DNA of 64,000 nt from a candidate division FCPU426 bacterium. GTDB lineage: Bacteria; Oederibacteriota; Muellerivitia; Muellerivitales; Muellerivitaceae. This document shows, one piece after another, positions 38,262-49,048 of the stretch; within the stretch, counting starts at the first letter, position 1; every line of letters begins with the position of its first letter. The notes under the pieces are model-generated. The model saw nothing but the letters and a program-made list of their open reading frames with translations. It was not told the origin of the DNA and searched no databases. The stretch is from positions 64,001 through 128,000 of the forward strand of contig CAVYSE010000026.1 of the NCBI GenBank assembly GCA_963771075.1. Direction: 5' to 3'. The translations under genes were made by a program, and so were the position numbers.

Positions 38262-39176
38262 ATGCTGGCTGAGATTTATTATTTCTCGGGCACGGGCAAT
38301 TCACTGGCGGTGGCCAGGGATTTGGCGGTCAAGCTGAAGGCGACCCTGATCCCGATCGCGACGCTTATGGAAGAAGTAACGGTCACCATCGATCCGGACC
38401 TAGTGGGGTTCGTTTTTCCTGTTTATCATTCGGGACTCCCTTTTATTCTTAGGGAGTTCCTCCAAAAAACACAATTTCAAGGCAATCCTTATGCCTTTTC
38501 GGTATGCACCTATGGCGCGGTGGGACCGGGGGCGGCGGCCCGATACCTTCGAACTGCCATTCGCGCCCGGGGCGGGGTCTTGTCGGCCGGATACGCGGTC
38601 AAAATGCCTTACAATTATTTGACCTCAACGGGAGCCCTTTACGAGACCCCCTTCGAAGAGCGACTCGCGATGTACGATGGCTGGCTCCAAAAGAGGGAAA
38701 TGATTCTGGGTGCTGTCCGAAAACGGCAGAGCGGGCCATTTGAAACGGGTCCTCGGGCGCTGGGCAATTCGACTCCCGAGGGCGTTCCGATACCAGTTGG
38801 CATGGAACCCATTTCGGGGAAGAACGATCAAAAATCCAGGCTTCGCCCGTTGGGCTTGGCGGGAGAGACCCGCAGGAACATTTGGAGGAAGCTCCCCCTG
38901 ATGGACGGCCATTTTTACCGGGACGATCAATGCATCAATTGCGGGATTTGCTCTGAGATTTGCCCCGTTGGTAACATCGAAATGGCCGCGGATGGGCCTG
39001 TTTGGCTCCATGAATGCGAGCAGTGTTTTGCCTGTCTGCAATGGTGTCCCAATGGGTCACTGCAATTCGGGATAAATACCGAGGGCGGGAAGAGATACCA
39101 CCACCCGGATGTGGTCATTTCTGACATGATCGGGCAAAGAAAACCGGTTCAGCTACCATGTGGCGGTGGCGTATAA
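38262..39176 (+). CDS. EFR1-family ferrodoxin (flavodoxin + 4Fe-4S dicluster)
   Basis: IYYFSGTGNS, GFVFPVY, C..CG.C...CP, C..C..C...CP and RYHHP. Confidence 0.9.
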   Translation: MLAEIYYFSGTGNSLAVARDLAVKLKATLIPIATLMEEVTVTIDPDLVGFVFPVYHSGLPFILREFLQKTQFQGNPYAFSVCTYGAVGPGAAARYLRTAIRARGGVLSAGYAVKMPYNYLTSTGALYETPFEERLAMYDGWLQKREMILGAVRKRQSGPFETGPRALGNSTPEGVPIPVGMEPISGKNDQKSRLRPLGLAGETRRNIWRKLPLMDGHFYRDDQCINCGICSEICPVGNIEMAADGPVWLHECEQCFACLQWCPNGSLQFGINTEGGKRYHHPDVVISDMIGQRKPVQLPCGGGV

Positions 39177-39213
39177 TAGATTTGAACTCGATCAAAGGGA
39201 TTGAGGGGTAATT

Positions 39214-39516
39214 ATGGTCTTGGGCATTCACAACAATAATCCTTATCTTCAAAATATCGCGATATCCGAGGAATTGACGAAAGCTTCGAAAGAAAAGCTG
39301 GAGAAAAGACCCCGCATCGATCCTTCCCGATTTACGGAGGGTTCTTCCCCGGTCCGAGACGAGTTGCAACCCGTAAAAGGGACTTCCGACGAGGGGGAAA
39401 TGAAAGGCGGGGTGCGAAAAGATCCAAAGCCATTTGTTGAAGATGAGAATGTTGAAAAATCTCAGCCAAGTAATGAAGGTTCCCCCCCTGGATCTCGAAT
39501 CGACATTCGAATCTAG
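39214..39516 (+). CDS. Hypothetical protein
   Basis: GAGGGG SD, 100-aa ORF ending GSRIDIRI. Confidence 0.5.
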   Translation: MVLGIHNNNPYLQNIAISEELTKASKEKLEKRPRIDPSRFTEGSSPVRDELQPVKGTSDEGEMKGGVRKDPKPFVEDENVEKSQPSNEGSPPGSRIDIRI

Positions 39517-39736
39517 ATTAAGGATTCTTAGCGAAGTCGGTCATTTGCCTAGGCTTGCAGGCCAGGCGTCTTTAAGGTTCGGCAGGAAGTCGATTTCTCG
39601 TGAAACCCGTGTCAATTCCTTGCGAACTAAAATTTCGAATGTTATAGTGTTTTTTAAAATCCAAGGGGATTTGGTGCTTTTTTCGGTCTGCTTTTTCCTT
39701 TTTTCCCGATCATTCTGAGTTGAATTTCGAGGTTTT

Positions 39737-42411
39737 ATGAACGGCCCAGCCGCTGGGGACAAGAAAAACATCGTCAAGATGGCCTACATTTATTTCCAGG
39801 AAGGCCGTTGGGATAAGGCTATTGAGGAATATAGAAAACTCCTGCTTCTCGATCCTGAGGACATCAATACCCACAATATGTTGGGTGATGTTTACGTCAA
39901 AAAAGGGTCGGTGCGCGAGGCCTTTGAGGAGTACATCAAGGTTTCAAACGACTTTTCCACCCGTGGCCAAGCCGACAAAGCCATTATCGTCAACAAGAAG
40001 ATCGCCTCTTTGGATACCGCCCAACTTTCCCCGGATGGACAAAAACAGCAAAGCCTGATTCGAGAGACAATCCGCGCGGAAAGCGCAATGGAAAGCGGGG
40101 ATGTAGACGCGGCAATTGAGGCTTTGAGCGAAGTGGCCAAATTGGACAAGGATAATTTGGCGGCCTATTCCAAGCTTGGCGAATTGTACGAGAAAAAGGG
40201 CCTCGCGCAGGAAGCGGTCAAGGCTTACCTTCTGGTCGCGGACAGCTTTTTCAAGAATAGGCTTTTCAAAAAGGCGCAGGAGATATACCAGAAAGTTGTT
40301 CAAATCCAGCCGACCAACCTCGATGCCCGGTCCAACCTAGCCCAAATTTTCATGAAACAAGGTTCGGAAGGGGACGCCAAAAAGGAGTTTCTGGTTTTGG
40401 CAGAATTGGCCCTGAGTACAGGGGATCTGGAACGGGCACAACAAAACGCCGCGCGCGCCATAGAGCTCAAAAGCATCGAAGCCCATTATGTCCAGGGCGT
40501 CATCCTGTTTAAAAAACAACAATTCTCCGAGGCGAAGACAGAGTTGGAAAACCTGCTTCGCTTCAAGGTGAACCATGTCGCGGCCTTATCCTACCTGGCA
40601 CGGGTCCACATGGAACAAAATCAGCTGGACAAGGCCAATGAAACAATCCAGCGGGCGCTAAAATCGGAGAAGGACAATCCCATGGTCCTGGAAGCGCAGG
40701 GAGAATTGGCCATGAAACGGGGGTCCAAACTGGAAGCCACCCAGGCTTTCAAAACTCTCCTGGAAAGAGCCGAGGCCAAGAGCGATTTCGTCAAGGCCCT
40801 GGATTACGCCCGTTTTTTGGTTTCTCTCGACGAGAATTCGGTAATGGCCGTTGGGAAATTGGGCGAGATGTTGAAGGCAGTGGGCGATAAAAAAGAGGCC
40901 TCCAACACATTTTTTAAAAATGTCCTTCTATTGGAAAAACAAGGGAAGAAAGACGAGGCGGTGGAATGGGCGCGTAAAACCCTGGAACTGAATCCGGACC
41001 ATCCGGGTGCTCAAGAGCGGATCATGGGACAGGTGGTTGCGGCTTCCCAGACTCAAGAAAGCAAGAATTCGATTCCCGTCCCGGAAGTCAAGACCCCGGC
41101 TGCCCCGGCGAGCAAGTCCTCGGTGCTGGATTTGGAGGGGGCCCCGGAATCCCTGCCGACACCTACCGCCCCCCGGCCAACGCCCGTTTCGGCCCCACCG
41201 CCCTCGCCGGTTAAGGCGACCGTGGTTGAGTTGGAAAAAGAACAAGTGGATGAATGGAAGGCTGAATTATCCATTGCGGATAATTTTATCCGACAGGGAA
41301 TGTTGGAAGAGGCCATCGAAATTTGCCAAAGACTCGCGGAAACCTATCCGGACAAGCCCGAGATCAAGGAAAGGCTAAACCAGGCCTATCAAGCGTATGT
41401 TAAAACAGGGGACGATGTGATTGGGGCTTTGGAGGCGGAAAGGCAGGCAAAGGAGGAAGAGGAAAAAAACCTGCGTGCCGAAATGGAGAAAAAAGCCATT
41501 GAGGAAGCCAAGCGGATTCGCGCCGAAATGGAACAAAAAGCCCGTCAAGAAGCGGAAATCAAGGCACGGATTGAGATCGAGCGTAAAGCCAAGGAAGAGG
41601 CGGAACGAAAGGCGCTTGAGGAGAAGGAACGGCTTTTAAGGGAAGAGGTGGAACGCCGGGCCAAGGAAGAAATGGAAAACAAGATCCGGGAAGAAACGGA
41701 GAAAAAAATACGCGAGGAGCTTGAACAAAAGGCCCGCGAAGAAGCGGAACAGAAGTACCGCGAAGAGGCTGAGAAAAAAGCTCGGGAAGAATCGGAGAGA
41801 AAGATTCGGGAGGAGCTTGAAAAGAAGGCGAAGGAAGAGGCCGAGAAAAAAATTCGCGAAGAAGCCGAAAAGCGTGTAAGGGAAGAAGCGGAGAGAAAAA
41901 TCCGGGAGGAGCTGGAAAAGAAGGCGAAGGAAGAGGCTGAGAAAAAGATACGGGAGGATGCGGAGAGGAGAGGAAAGCGCGGGAAGGTGCCGAGCGGAAG
42001 GCTAAGGAAGAATCGGCCAAAGCGGCGTCCAAGAAAGAAGACGCGCCCGACTTGAAAAGCTTCAAACTGGAACCCACCTCCAAGGGTGACAGTGTGCTGG
42101 AAGAAGGGAAGGATGATTTCATGACCATTGCCGTGGCAGATATTTACACCCGGCAAGGGCTGCACGAGGAAGCCGCGAAGATTTACCGGCGGATCCTTGA
42201 AAACGAACCTGACAACCTTGAAGCACGGAAGAAATTATTGGAAGTCGAGCGTGTTTTGGCGCCTAAGGGGCCCCCCGAGACTCCGGCCGCCAGTTCCGCG
42301 GCCCCGCCTCTTGTCCACCCGGCCCCGGAAGTAAAGGAAGAGCCGGGAAACCCACCTGGTGAAAAAGATTCGGGTGGTAAAAGAAAGTCAAATCGAGTAG
42401 GCTACGTTTAA
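39737..42411 (+). CDS. TPR protein with charged coiled-coil repeats, frameshift near 41970
   Basis: Many TPRs and EEAEKK.R 8-aa repeats. A duplicated gagag shifts the frame; the other frame reads ERKAREGAERKAKEE into ORF 42052-42411. Confidence 0.8.
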
Positions 42412-42528
42412 TTTTCCCTGATGGACTATCCTGAGGCGAATCACCAACTTGTCGCCTCTATTGTGGCTACCTTCGGGAACCTTTGCCTTTCAGGTAAAGC
42501 GATTTAATGATTTTCAATTGAGAGCGAC

Positions 42529-43350
42529 ATGAGTTACGAAAATTATTACGGGTTGAAAGAACAGGCTTTTTCCAACGCCCCCGATAGTCGCTTTTACTAT
42601 GAAAGCAGCCAGCACGCTGAAGCCATGGTTCGCATGCTGCATGCCATTGATACCATGAAGGGGTTAACCGTTGTCGTTGGAGACATCGGCGCGGGAAAAA
42701 CCCTCTTGGCCCGAAAGGCTCTTGAGAAACTTGAGCAGGATGCTCAGTACGAAGCGACTCTCCTGGTGATCGTCCATAGTGAAATCACCGCTGAGTGGAT
42801 GCTTAAAAAAATCGCTCATCAATTGGGCGTGGATACACCGGGTGACACCAAGGGCCAGATTATTTCGCAACTTTTCGAGCGGTTGATGAAGATCCACGAG
42901 GAAGGCCGCAAGGCGGTGGTCCTGATCGATGAAGCCAATATGCTGCAGCGGAAGGAAATTTTCGAGGAGTTCCGGGGTTTGCTTAACATGGAAGTGCCCG
43001 GTCAAAAGCTGATTTCGATCGTCCTGTTGGGTTTGCCGGAATTGGAAAAATACCTGGCTTTGGACCCGCCGCTTTACCAGCGGATGGCGATGAAATTTTT
43101 TCTGAAATCCCTGACGCGGGAGACAAGCGAACAGTACATCAAGCATCGCCTGGCGGTGGCGGGCTGCGTCAAGTCACTATTCACTCCCAGTGCCTACCAG
43201 AAAATTTATGATTACACCAAGGGCATTCCCCGCCTGATCAACACCACTTGCGATAACGCCATGCTGGAAGGGTATCTCCTGAAGAGGGAGATCATCGACA
43301 CGGATATCATCGAGCAAGTGGTCAAGGACCTTGGGCTAAAAAAAGACTGA
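42529..43350 (+). CDS. ExeA/GspA-family AAA ATPase
   Basis: Y..YYGL...F...PD, GDIGAGKT Walker A, VLIDEA and G.PRLIN..CD. Confidence 0.92.
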   Translation: MSYENYYGLKEQAFSNAPDSRFYYESSQHAEAMVRMLHAIDTMKGLTVVVGDIGAGKTLLARKALEKLEQDAQYEATLLVIVHSEITAEWMLKKIAHQLGVDTPGDTKGQIISQLFERLMKIHEEGRKAVVLIDEANMLQRKEIFEEFRGLLNMEVPGQKLISIVLLGLPELEKYLALDPPLYQRMAMKFFLKSLTRETSEQYIKHRLAVAGCVKSLFTPSAYQKIYDYTKGIPRLINTTCDNAMLEGYLLKREIIDTDIIEQVVKDLGLKKD

Positions 43351-43519
43351 GACTTTTCCTTTCTTCCTTTTTCTTCGATTCCCTTGCTCAATGATTTTTT
43401 AAAACCGTCCGTGAAGCGATCATTTGGATGGATAGGCATTAAAAACTTGAAATAATGGCTGGTCATTTGGTAAAACTATTCCCCTGATTTGTGGGAATTT
43501 ACAGTGTTTTTCGGTCTGT

Positions 43520-43594
<75 letters not shown>

Positions 43595-43790
43595 TTCATT
43601 CCTCCGGCGGGAGGAAAACTCCGCCGATACAATCTGACGGTAAATTCCTAAACCGCCTATGCAATATTGCATGGGCGCTTATTGTGGCCGCGCGAATCAA
43701 TGGTTAGCGAAATCTCCGGGCTGGGTCCAATGCGTGAGATCCTCAGGCGGGCCAAGGCCTGAAATTCTTGCGCGAATGTGTTTTGCCAGG

Positions 43791-43866
43791 GGCGGCATAC
43801 CCAAGTGGTTAAGGGAGCGGTCTGCAAAACCGCGATTCGGCGGTTCAAATCCGCCTGCCGCCTCCA
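43791..43866 (+). tRNA. tRNA-Cys(GCA)
   Basis: Anticodon loop ctGCAaa, GTTCAAATC, CCA end. Confidence 0.96.
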
Positions 43867-43903
43867 TTTTTCACTTCCTCAATTCAAAACGCTTTGAGGT
43901 GCT

Positions 43904-45466
43904 ATGACATCCTGGTCGGATCAAGATTTACGCCGGATGGAAAATCACGGGATTTCTCACTTGGAAGCGGATCGCCAATTGGATCTGCTTGCTTTTCCCC
44001 CCATACCCCCTCAATTAGATCGCCCCGCGACGCTAGGGGATGGCATTTGTAAACTTACCCTCGATGAGCAGGAAGAATGTTCCAGCCTATTTGAACCGGA
44101 ACGCCTGGCCGGCCATTTTGAGAAATTTGTCCCAGCTTCAGGCGCTGCATCCCGTATGTTTTTTGACTTGACCAAGGCGTTGAACGAAACACCGCTTCGC
44201 CGGGAAGATTTAGAACGCCAATCCGAAGAAGGAAAATTGGAGGCGAAAAAGCTTCTAGAATTTTTCAATAACATTCAAAGGGTGGGGTTTTATCCTGACT
44301 TGGAAAAAGTTTTCCTGGACAAGAGGACGACCCTGGGGTCTTTGCTGGAAAAAGGGCAATATGGGGAAATTCTTCAAGCTCTTCTGCAAAATCCGGGGTT
44401 GGGGTATGCAACAAAACCGAAAGGACTTATCCCTTTTCATCGATATGGGCAAGAAACAAGAACACCCCTCGCCGAACATTTGTCGGAAGCAAGCCTTTTA
44501 GTCAGGGATGAAAAAGGGCTCTGCCGACTTCATTTCACCCTTTCGCCGGAACAGGAAGAATCCTTTAAAACCCATGTGGCGGAATTGAAAGAGAAGCTGG
44601 AAAAGAAGGGACTCGACCGATTTGAGATCCTATTCTCCAGACAAAAACCTTCCTCCGATACACTCTCATTGGATGAATCCGGGAAACCTTTGCGGGATGA
44701 AAGGGGGCTCCTTCTTTTCCGGCCCGGCGGACATGGAGCCTTGATCGAAAATCTGGCCGAAGTTCGAGCCCCTTTCTTATTCATCAAAAATATCGACAAT
44801 GTCACGATCGAACCAAAGGCGGTGGAGGTGGTCCGGTGGGAAAAGATATTGGGAGGTTATCTGGTTCAAAGCAAGGCAAAGGCGGATGTTTGGTTAAGGG
44901 AACTGTCCGAACCATCGGTTGATCCGGGACGAGTTGAGGAAATCCGATCCGCTGTTCGCGAACAATGGGGGTTGGAAATAAACCTTTCTAAAGGCGTCGG
45001 GAAAAGCCCATTGGAAAGGCTCCGAGCTTTTCTAGATCGCCCGATGAGGGTTTGTGGGGTCGTCCCCAATAGCGGTGATCCTGGAGGAGGCCCCTTTTGG
45101 GTTCGGTCACGGGATGGAACTGTTTCACTTCAAATTGTGGAAAGTTCACAGGTGGATATGGCTGATGGAGTTCAAGAGGACATTTTCCGCCGATCCACCC
45201 ACTTCAATCCGGTGGACATGGTTTGCGCAACCAGGGATTACACACAAAAACCATTTGATCTCAAAAGATTTATCGATCCACAGGCTGTTTTTCTTAGCCG
45301 AAAATCTTGGAATGGGCGGGAAATCAAAGCGTTGGAAAGGCCGGGACTCTGGAATGGGGCCATGGCAGGTTGGATCACCTTTTTCATTGAGACTCCGGCA
45401 GAAACTTTTCATCCCGTAAAGACGGTTTTTGACTTATTAAAACCAACCCACGTCTGTCAGTCCTAA
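43904..45466 (+). CDS. DUF4301 family protein
   Basis: KFVPASGAASRMF, PKGL..FH.Y, FRPGGHGALI.NL, FIKNIDNV, PGGGPFW and ALE.PGLWNGAM. Confidence 0.9.
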   Translation: MTSWSDQDLRRMENHGISHLEADRQLDLLAFPPIPPQLDRPATLGDGICKLTLDEQEECSSLFEPERLAGHFEKFVPASGAASRMFFDLTKALNETPLRREDLERQSEEGKLEAKKLLEFFNNIQRVGFYPDLEKVFLDKRTTLGSLLEKGQYGEILQALLQNPGLGYATKPKGLIPFHRYGQETRTPLAEHLSEASLLVRDEKGLCRLHFTLSPEQEESFKTHVAELKEKLEKKGLDRFEILFSRQKPSSDTLSLDESGKPLRDERGLLLFRPGGHGALIENLAEVRAPFLFIKNIDNVTIEPKAVEVVRWEKILGGYLVQSKAKADVWLRELSEPSVDPGRVEEIRSAVREQWGLEINLSKGVGKSPLERLRAFLDRPMRVCGVVPNSGDPGGGPFWVRSRDGTVSLQIVESSQVDMADGVQEDIFRRSTHFNPVDMVCATRDYTQKPFDLKRFIDPQAVFLSRKSWNGREIKALERPGLWNGAMAGWITFFIETPAETFHPVKTVFDLLKPTHVCQS

Positions 45467-45621
45467 TAGGCTTATAACCACCCGGATTTTGTAAGACCCG
45501 GTATCTTTTCAATGAAATAAAAACTAGACAGAAGGCCTCCCTGGGATAAAATCTTTCTCCCCCGTCCTCCTCTATTGGTTTAAAGGACGGGGAAAGATAC
45601 AATGCGTGTTTCCGGGTTTGC

Positions 45622-45698
45622 GGGCGTATAGCTCAGTTGGTTAGAGTACTTCCTTGACATGGAAGGGGTCACTGGTTCGAGTCCAGTTACGCCCACCA
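45622..45698 (+). tRNA. tRNA-Val(GAC)
   Basis: Anticodon loop ttGACat, GTTCGAGTC, CCA end. Confidence 0.97.
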
Positions 45699-45777
45699 TT
45701 TATTCCGCGAAATTAGGTCACGCTGATGTTTTCTGGTTGACGATCAAACTTGTTCTTTCGATAACCTAGGATCTCCA

Positions 45778-47622
45778 ATGTCCGACAAATACGAACCGAA
45801 ACATCAGATGGATGAAAATCTCTACAAGATCCGCCATTCCATGGCCCATGTCCTGGCCCAGGCCGTCCTGCAGGTTCGCCCCAAGGCCCAACTGGGTTTT
45901 GGACCTCCCATCCGCACCGGTTTTTACTACGACTTCCTTCTTGAAGAACCACTGACTGAAGCCGATTTGCCGGACATTGAAAAACGCATGCGGAAGATCA
46001 TCCAGGAAAAAGAAACATTTAAACGGGAAGATCTACCCAAGGAACGGATGCGCTGGAAAAACTCGCGAAGCCATGGGCCAGGCCCTGAAAGTGGAATACG
46101 CTCAGGAACTGTTGAAGTCAAACGAGTCCCTGAGTTTTTACACCAGCGGCCCATTCGTGGACATGTGCGAAGGGCCCCATGTGGAAAACACCTCCCAGAT
46201 CCCCGTCATGTCGTTCAAACTGGACTCGATCGCCGGCAGTTACTGGCGGGGGGATTCCTCCAAACCCATGTTGACCCGCATTTACGGCCTTTGTTTTCCC
46301 TCGCGAGGCCGAATTAAAGGAATTCATCAAGAATCAGGGAACTGGCCCTGAAAAGGGACCACCGCAAATTGGGTCAGGAACTGGAACTTTTCACCATCGA
46401 TGAGCGGGTGGGCAAGGGACTTCCCCTCTGGCTGCCCAATGGGACCGTTATCCGGGAGGAACTGGAAAAGTTCGCCAAGGAAATGGAATTTAAGGACGGT
46501 TACGACCGTGTGGCGACCCCCCATATCGCCAACGGGGAGCTTTATAAGCTGTCGGGACATCTCAAGCTTTATAAAGACTCCATGTTCCCGCCTATGCGCA
46601 GCGTTGAAAAGGACCCGGACTCTCCCTCGCCGAAGAGTTTTATTTAAAGCCCATGAATTGCCCCCATCATCACATGATCTACCTGAACCGTCCCCGCAGT
46701 TACCGGGAGCTACCCCTGCGATTGGCGGAATATGGAACGGTTTACCGTTTCGAGAAATCGGGCCAGTTGGCGGGTTTGCTGAGGGTGCGGGGATTGGCCA
46801 TGAATGACGCCCATATCTATTGCACCCGGGAACAAATTAAAGACGGAGATCAAGAAGGTCGTGGCGCATGCACAAGATGTACTTCGAGAAATTCCGCATG
46901 GATAAGATCTGGGTGCGCTTTCCCTCCACGACCAGGACAAGGAGAAATTCGTCGGGAACGAGGAACTCTGGATCGAAACCGAAAATATTCTCCGCGATGT
47001 GTTGAAAGAATTGAAGCGTGGAATATGAGGAAGTGCAGGGTGAGGCCGCCTTCTACGGCCCCAAGATCGACTATCAGACTGAAAATGTACTGGGACGGGA
47101 GGAAACCGCCGCTACGGTTCAGCTGGATTTTACTTCCCCCGAGCGGTTCCAACTGGAATACACCGCCCCGGACGGTTCCAAACAAACGCCCTTTATCATC
47201 CACCGGGCTCCGTTGGGTACCCATGAAAGGTTCATTTCATTCTTCATTGAACGATGGGGCGGCGCTTTCCCGTCGTGGTTGTCGCCCTTCAGGTCCGGAT
47301 CGTGCCCGTGGCCGATGATTTTATGCCTACGCGAAGGAATCTGGGCGACGAGTTTAAAGGCGGTGATGATTCGGTGCGACGTGGATGCCTCCAACGACTC
47401 CTTCTCGAAAAAGGTCCGTAACGCCATCACGAAGAAGATCCCGAATATTTGGATTGTCGGGTGCAAACGAGGTGAAGGACGGAACCATCACCTGGCGCCG
47501 TTACGCGGTTGAAAAGCAGGCCCGGTTTCCCAAGAACCCAAGCTGCAGCGATCCTACTTAAGATGATTCGCGACCGGATGATGGATAATTTCGCCGATGT
47601 GGACCTGCCTTCCGTCGAATAA
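45778..47622 (+). CDS. thrS: Threonine--tRNA ligase, with several apparent frameshifts
   Basis: [49 protein letters not shown] and IHRAPLG.HERF spread over successive frames. Confidence 0.93.
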
Positions 47623-47673
47623 CCTTAAAAAAGCTTTGACAAAGAAATGGCCAGTCGGTAGGATTCTTCACTC

Positions 47674-47797
47674 AAGCAGGGGATTCCGTCTCCTCACCCC
47701 CAGCCCTCTGGGCGCGAAAGGGTTTGTGTCTTCACTCAAGCTGTTTTATTTTTTGATTGATTAGACCTGGACGGGGCCTTCGGCTTCGTCCTTTTTT
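47674..47797 (+). ncRNA. Probable L20 leader (ribosomal protein autoregulatory RNA)
   Basis: aagcagggg...ctcctcaccc 5' element and a terminator-like ggacggggc-cttcg-gcttcgtcc-T run upstream of infC-rpmI-rplT. Confidence 0.6.
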
Positions 47798-47823
47798 ATT
47801 ATTTGAACAGGGAGGTAGAGTTT

Positions 47824-48390
47824 ATTTCTTCGCAAAAAGAATTAAAGATCAACCATCAGATACGGGCCCGCCAGGTCCGTCTGATCGGTGAGGCTGGCGA
47901 GCAGTTAGGAATTGTGGATCTTCCCAAGGCGCAGGGAATCGCGCGGGAAAAGAACCTAGACCTGGTGGAGATCGCCCCGGACGGTGTTCCTCCCGTCTGC
48001 CGCATCATGAATTACGGAAAATTCCGCTATGCTCAGCGCAAACGCGACAAGGAAGCTTCGAAAAAACAACGGGTCATGAAGGTCAAAGAACTGAAGATAC
48101 GGCCCAAAATTGACGAGCATGATTACCAGACCAAGCTTCGCATGGCATGGAATTTTTTCGAGCACGGGGACAAGGTCAAGGTTGCCCTGGTGTTCCGCGG
48201 CAGGGAAATGAGCCATAAAGACCTGGGTCGCCAGTTGATGGATCGGGTCATGGAAGATTTGGCGGATGTGGGAGAATTGGAAGCTCCTCCGAAAGACGAG
48301 GGTATGCAGATCATCGCGTATTTTAACCCCCGGCCCCTGAAGCCGGCCGCGAAGGAAACAACGGAAATCAAGGAAGGTGAAAATGGGTAA
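47824..48390 (+). CDS. infC: Translation initiation factor IF-3 (ATT start)
   Basis: IN.QIRA..VRLI, LDLVEI.P...PPVCRIM.YGK and FRGRE; GGAGG 8 nt before ATT 47824. Confidence 0.97.
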   Translation: MSSQKELKINHQIRARQVRLIGEAGEQLGIVDLPKAQGIAREKNLDLVEIAPDGVPPVCRIMNYGKFRYAQRKRDKEASKKQRVMKVKELKIRPKIDEHDYQTKLRMAWNFFEHGDKVKVALVFRGREMSHKDLGRQLMDRVMEDLADVGELEAPPKDEGMQIIAYFNPRPLKPAAKETTEIKEGENG

Positions 48391-48583
48391 GGGATTCAAG
48401 ACGAAGAAAAGCATTTTGAAGCGTTTCAAGGTGACGGGTACGGGAAAGATCATGGTCAAGAAGCAGACCGGACGCGGCCATTTGCTGGCCCACAAGACCC
48501 GCAAACGCAAACGTCAGTTGAAGGGCCAGCCCGTATTGGGCAAAACCCACACCTTCCGCATCAAGCGGATGATCCAGATTTAA
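48383..48583 (+). CDS. rpmI: 50S ribosomal protein L35
   Basis: KTKK...KRFKVTGTGKI...HLL..K..KRKRQL; position in the operon. Confidence 0.95.
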   Translation: MGKGFKTKKSILKRFKVTGTGKIMVKKQTGRGHLLAHKTRKRKRQLKGQPVLGKTHTFRIKRMIQI

Positions 48584-48599
48584 TTAACCGGAGAAGAAC

Positions 48600-48977
48600 A
48601 TGGCACGTATTAAACGAGCAGTCGCGAAGAGAAAACGCAAGAAGAAGTTTTTTAAACTCACGAAGGGTTATTTCGGGGCGAAGAGCCGCCAGTACCGTAC
48701 CGTACGGGAAGCGTCCAAACGCTCCGGAAATTACGCCTTTCGGGACCGTAAGGCCCGTAAACGGGAGTTCCGCCGGCTTTGGATCACACGTCTTAATGCC
48801 GCCGTTCGTGAGAATGGGATGTCCTACAGCAATTTTATTGCCGGCTTGAAAAAGGCTGAGGTGGCTTTGGACCGTAAGATCATGGCGGATTTGGCCCTGA
48901 ACGACCCTGCCGCGTTCAAACAGCTGGTGGAAGTTGCCAAAGCCAATTTGCAAGCCAAGGTTGTCGCGGCACAGTAA
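48600..48977 (+). CDS. rplT: 50S ribosomal protein L20
   Basis: MARIKR...KGYFG...YAFRDRK.RKR.FR.LWI.R.NAA...LDRK..ADLA. Confidence 0.98.
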   Translation: MARIKRAVAKRKRKKKFFKLTKGYFGAKSRQYRTVREASKRSGNYAFRDRKARKREFRRLWITRLNAAVRENGMSYSNFIAGLKKAEVALDRKIMADLALNDPAAFKQLVEVAKANLQAKVVAAQ

Positions 48978-49008
48978 TGCTTTAGCCCGCGTTTGCAGTC
49001 GCTTGATC

Positions 49009-49048
49009 ACACCTTTCATCGCGCAAGCGGTGAGAGGTGTTTTGTTTT
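49009..49048 (+). terminator. Intrinsic terminator after rplT
   Basis: acacctttcatcgc-gcaa-gcggtgagaggtgt followed by a T-rich tract. Confidence 0.75.

Noticed and set aside
43595..43790. Separate ncRNA between tRNA-Gly and tRNA-Cys
   Set aside because: Several short hairpins, but no recognisable family motif; compatible with a tRNA operon spacer.
45778..47622. Programmed frameshifting in thrS
   Set aside because: Too many shifts and no consistent slippery signal; sequencing error is the simpler explanation.
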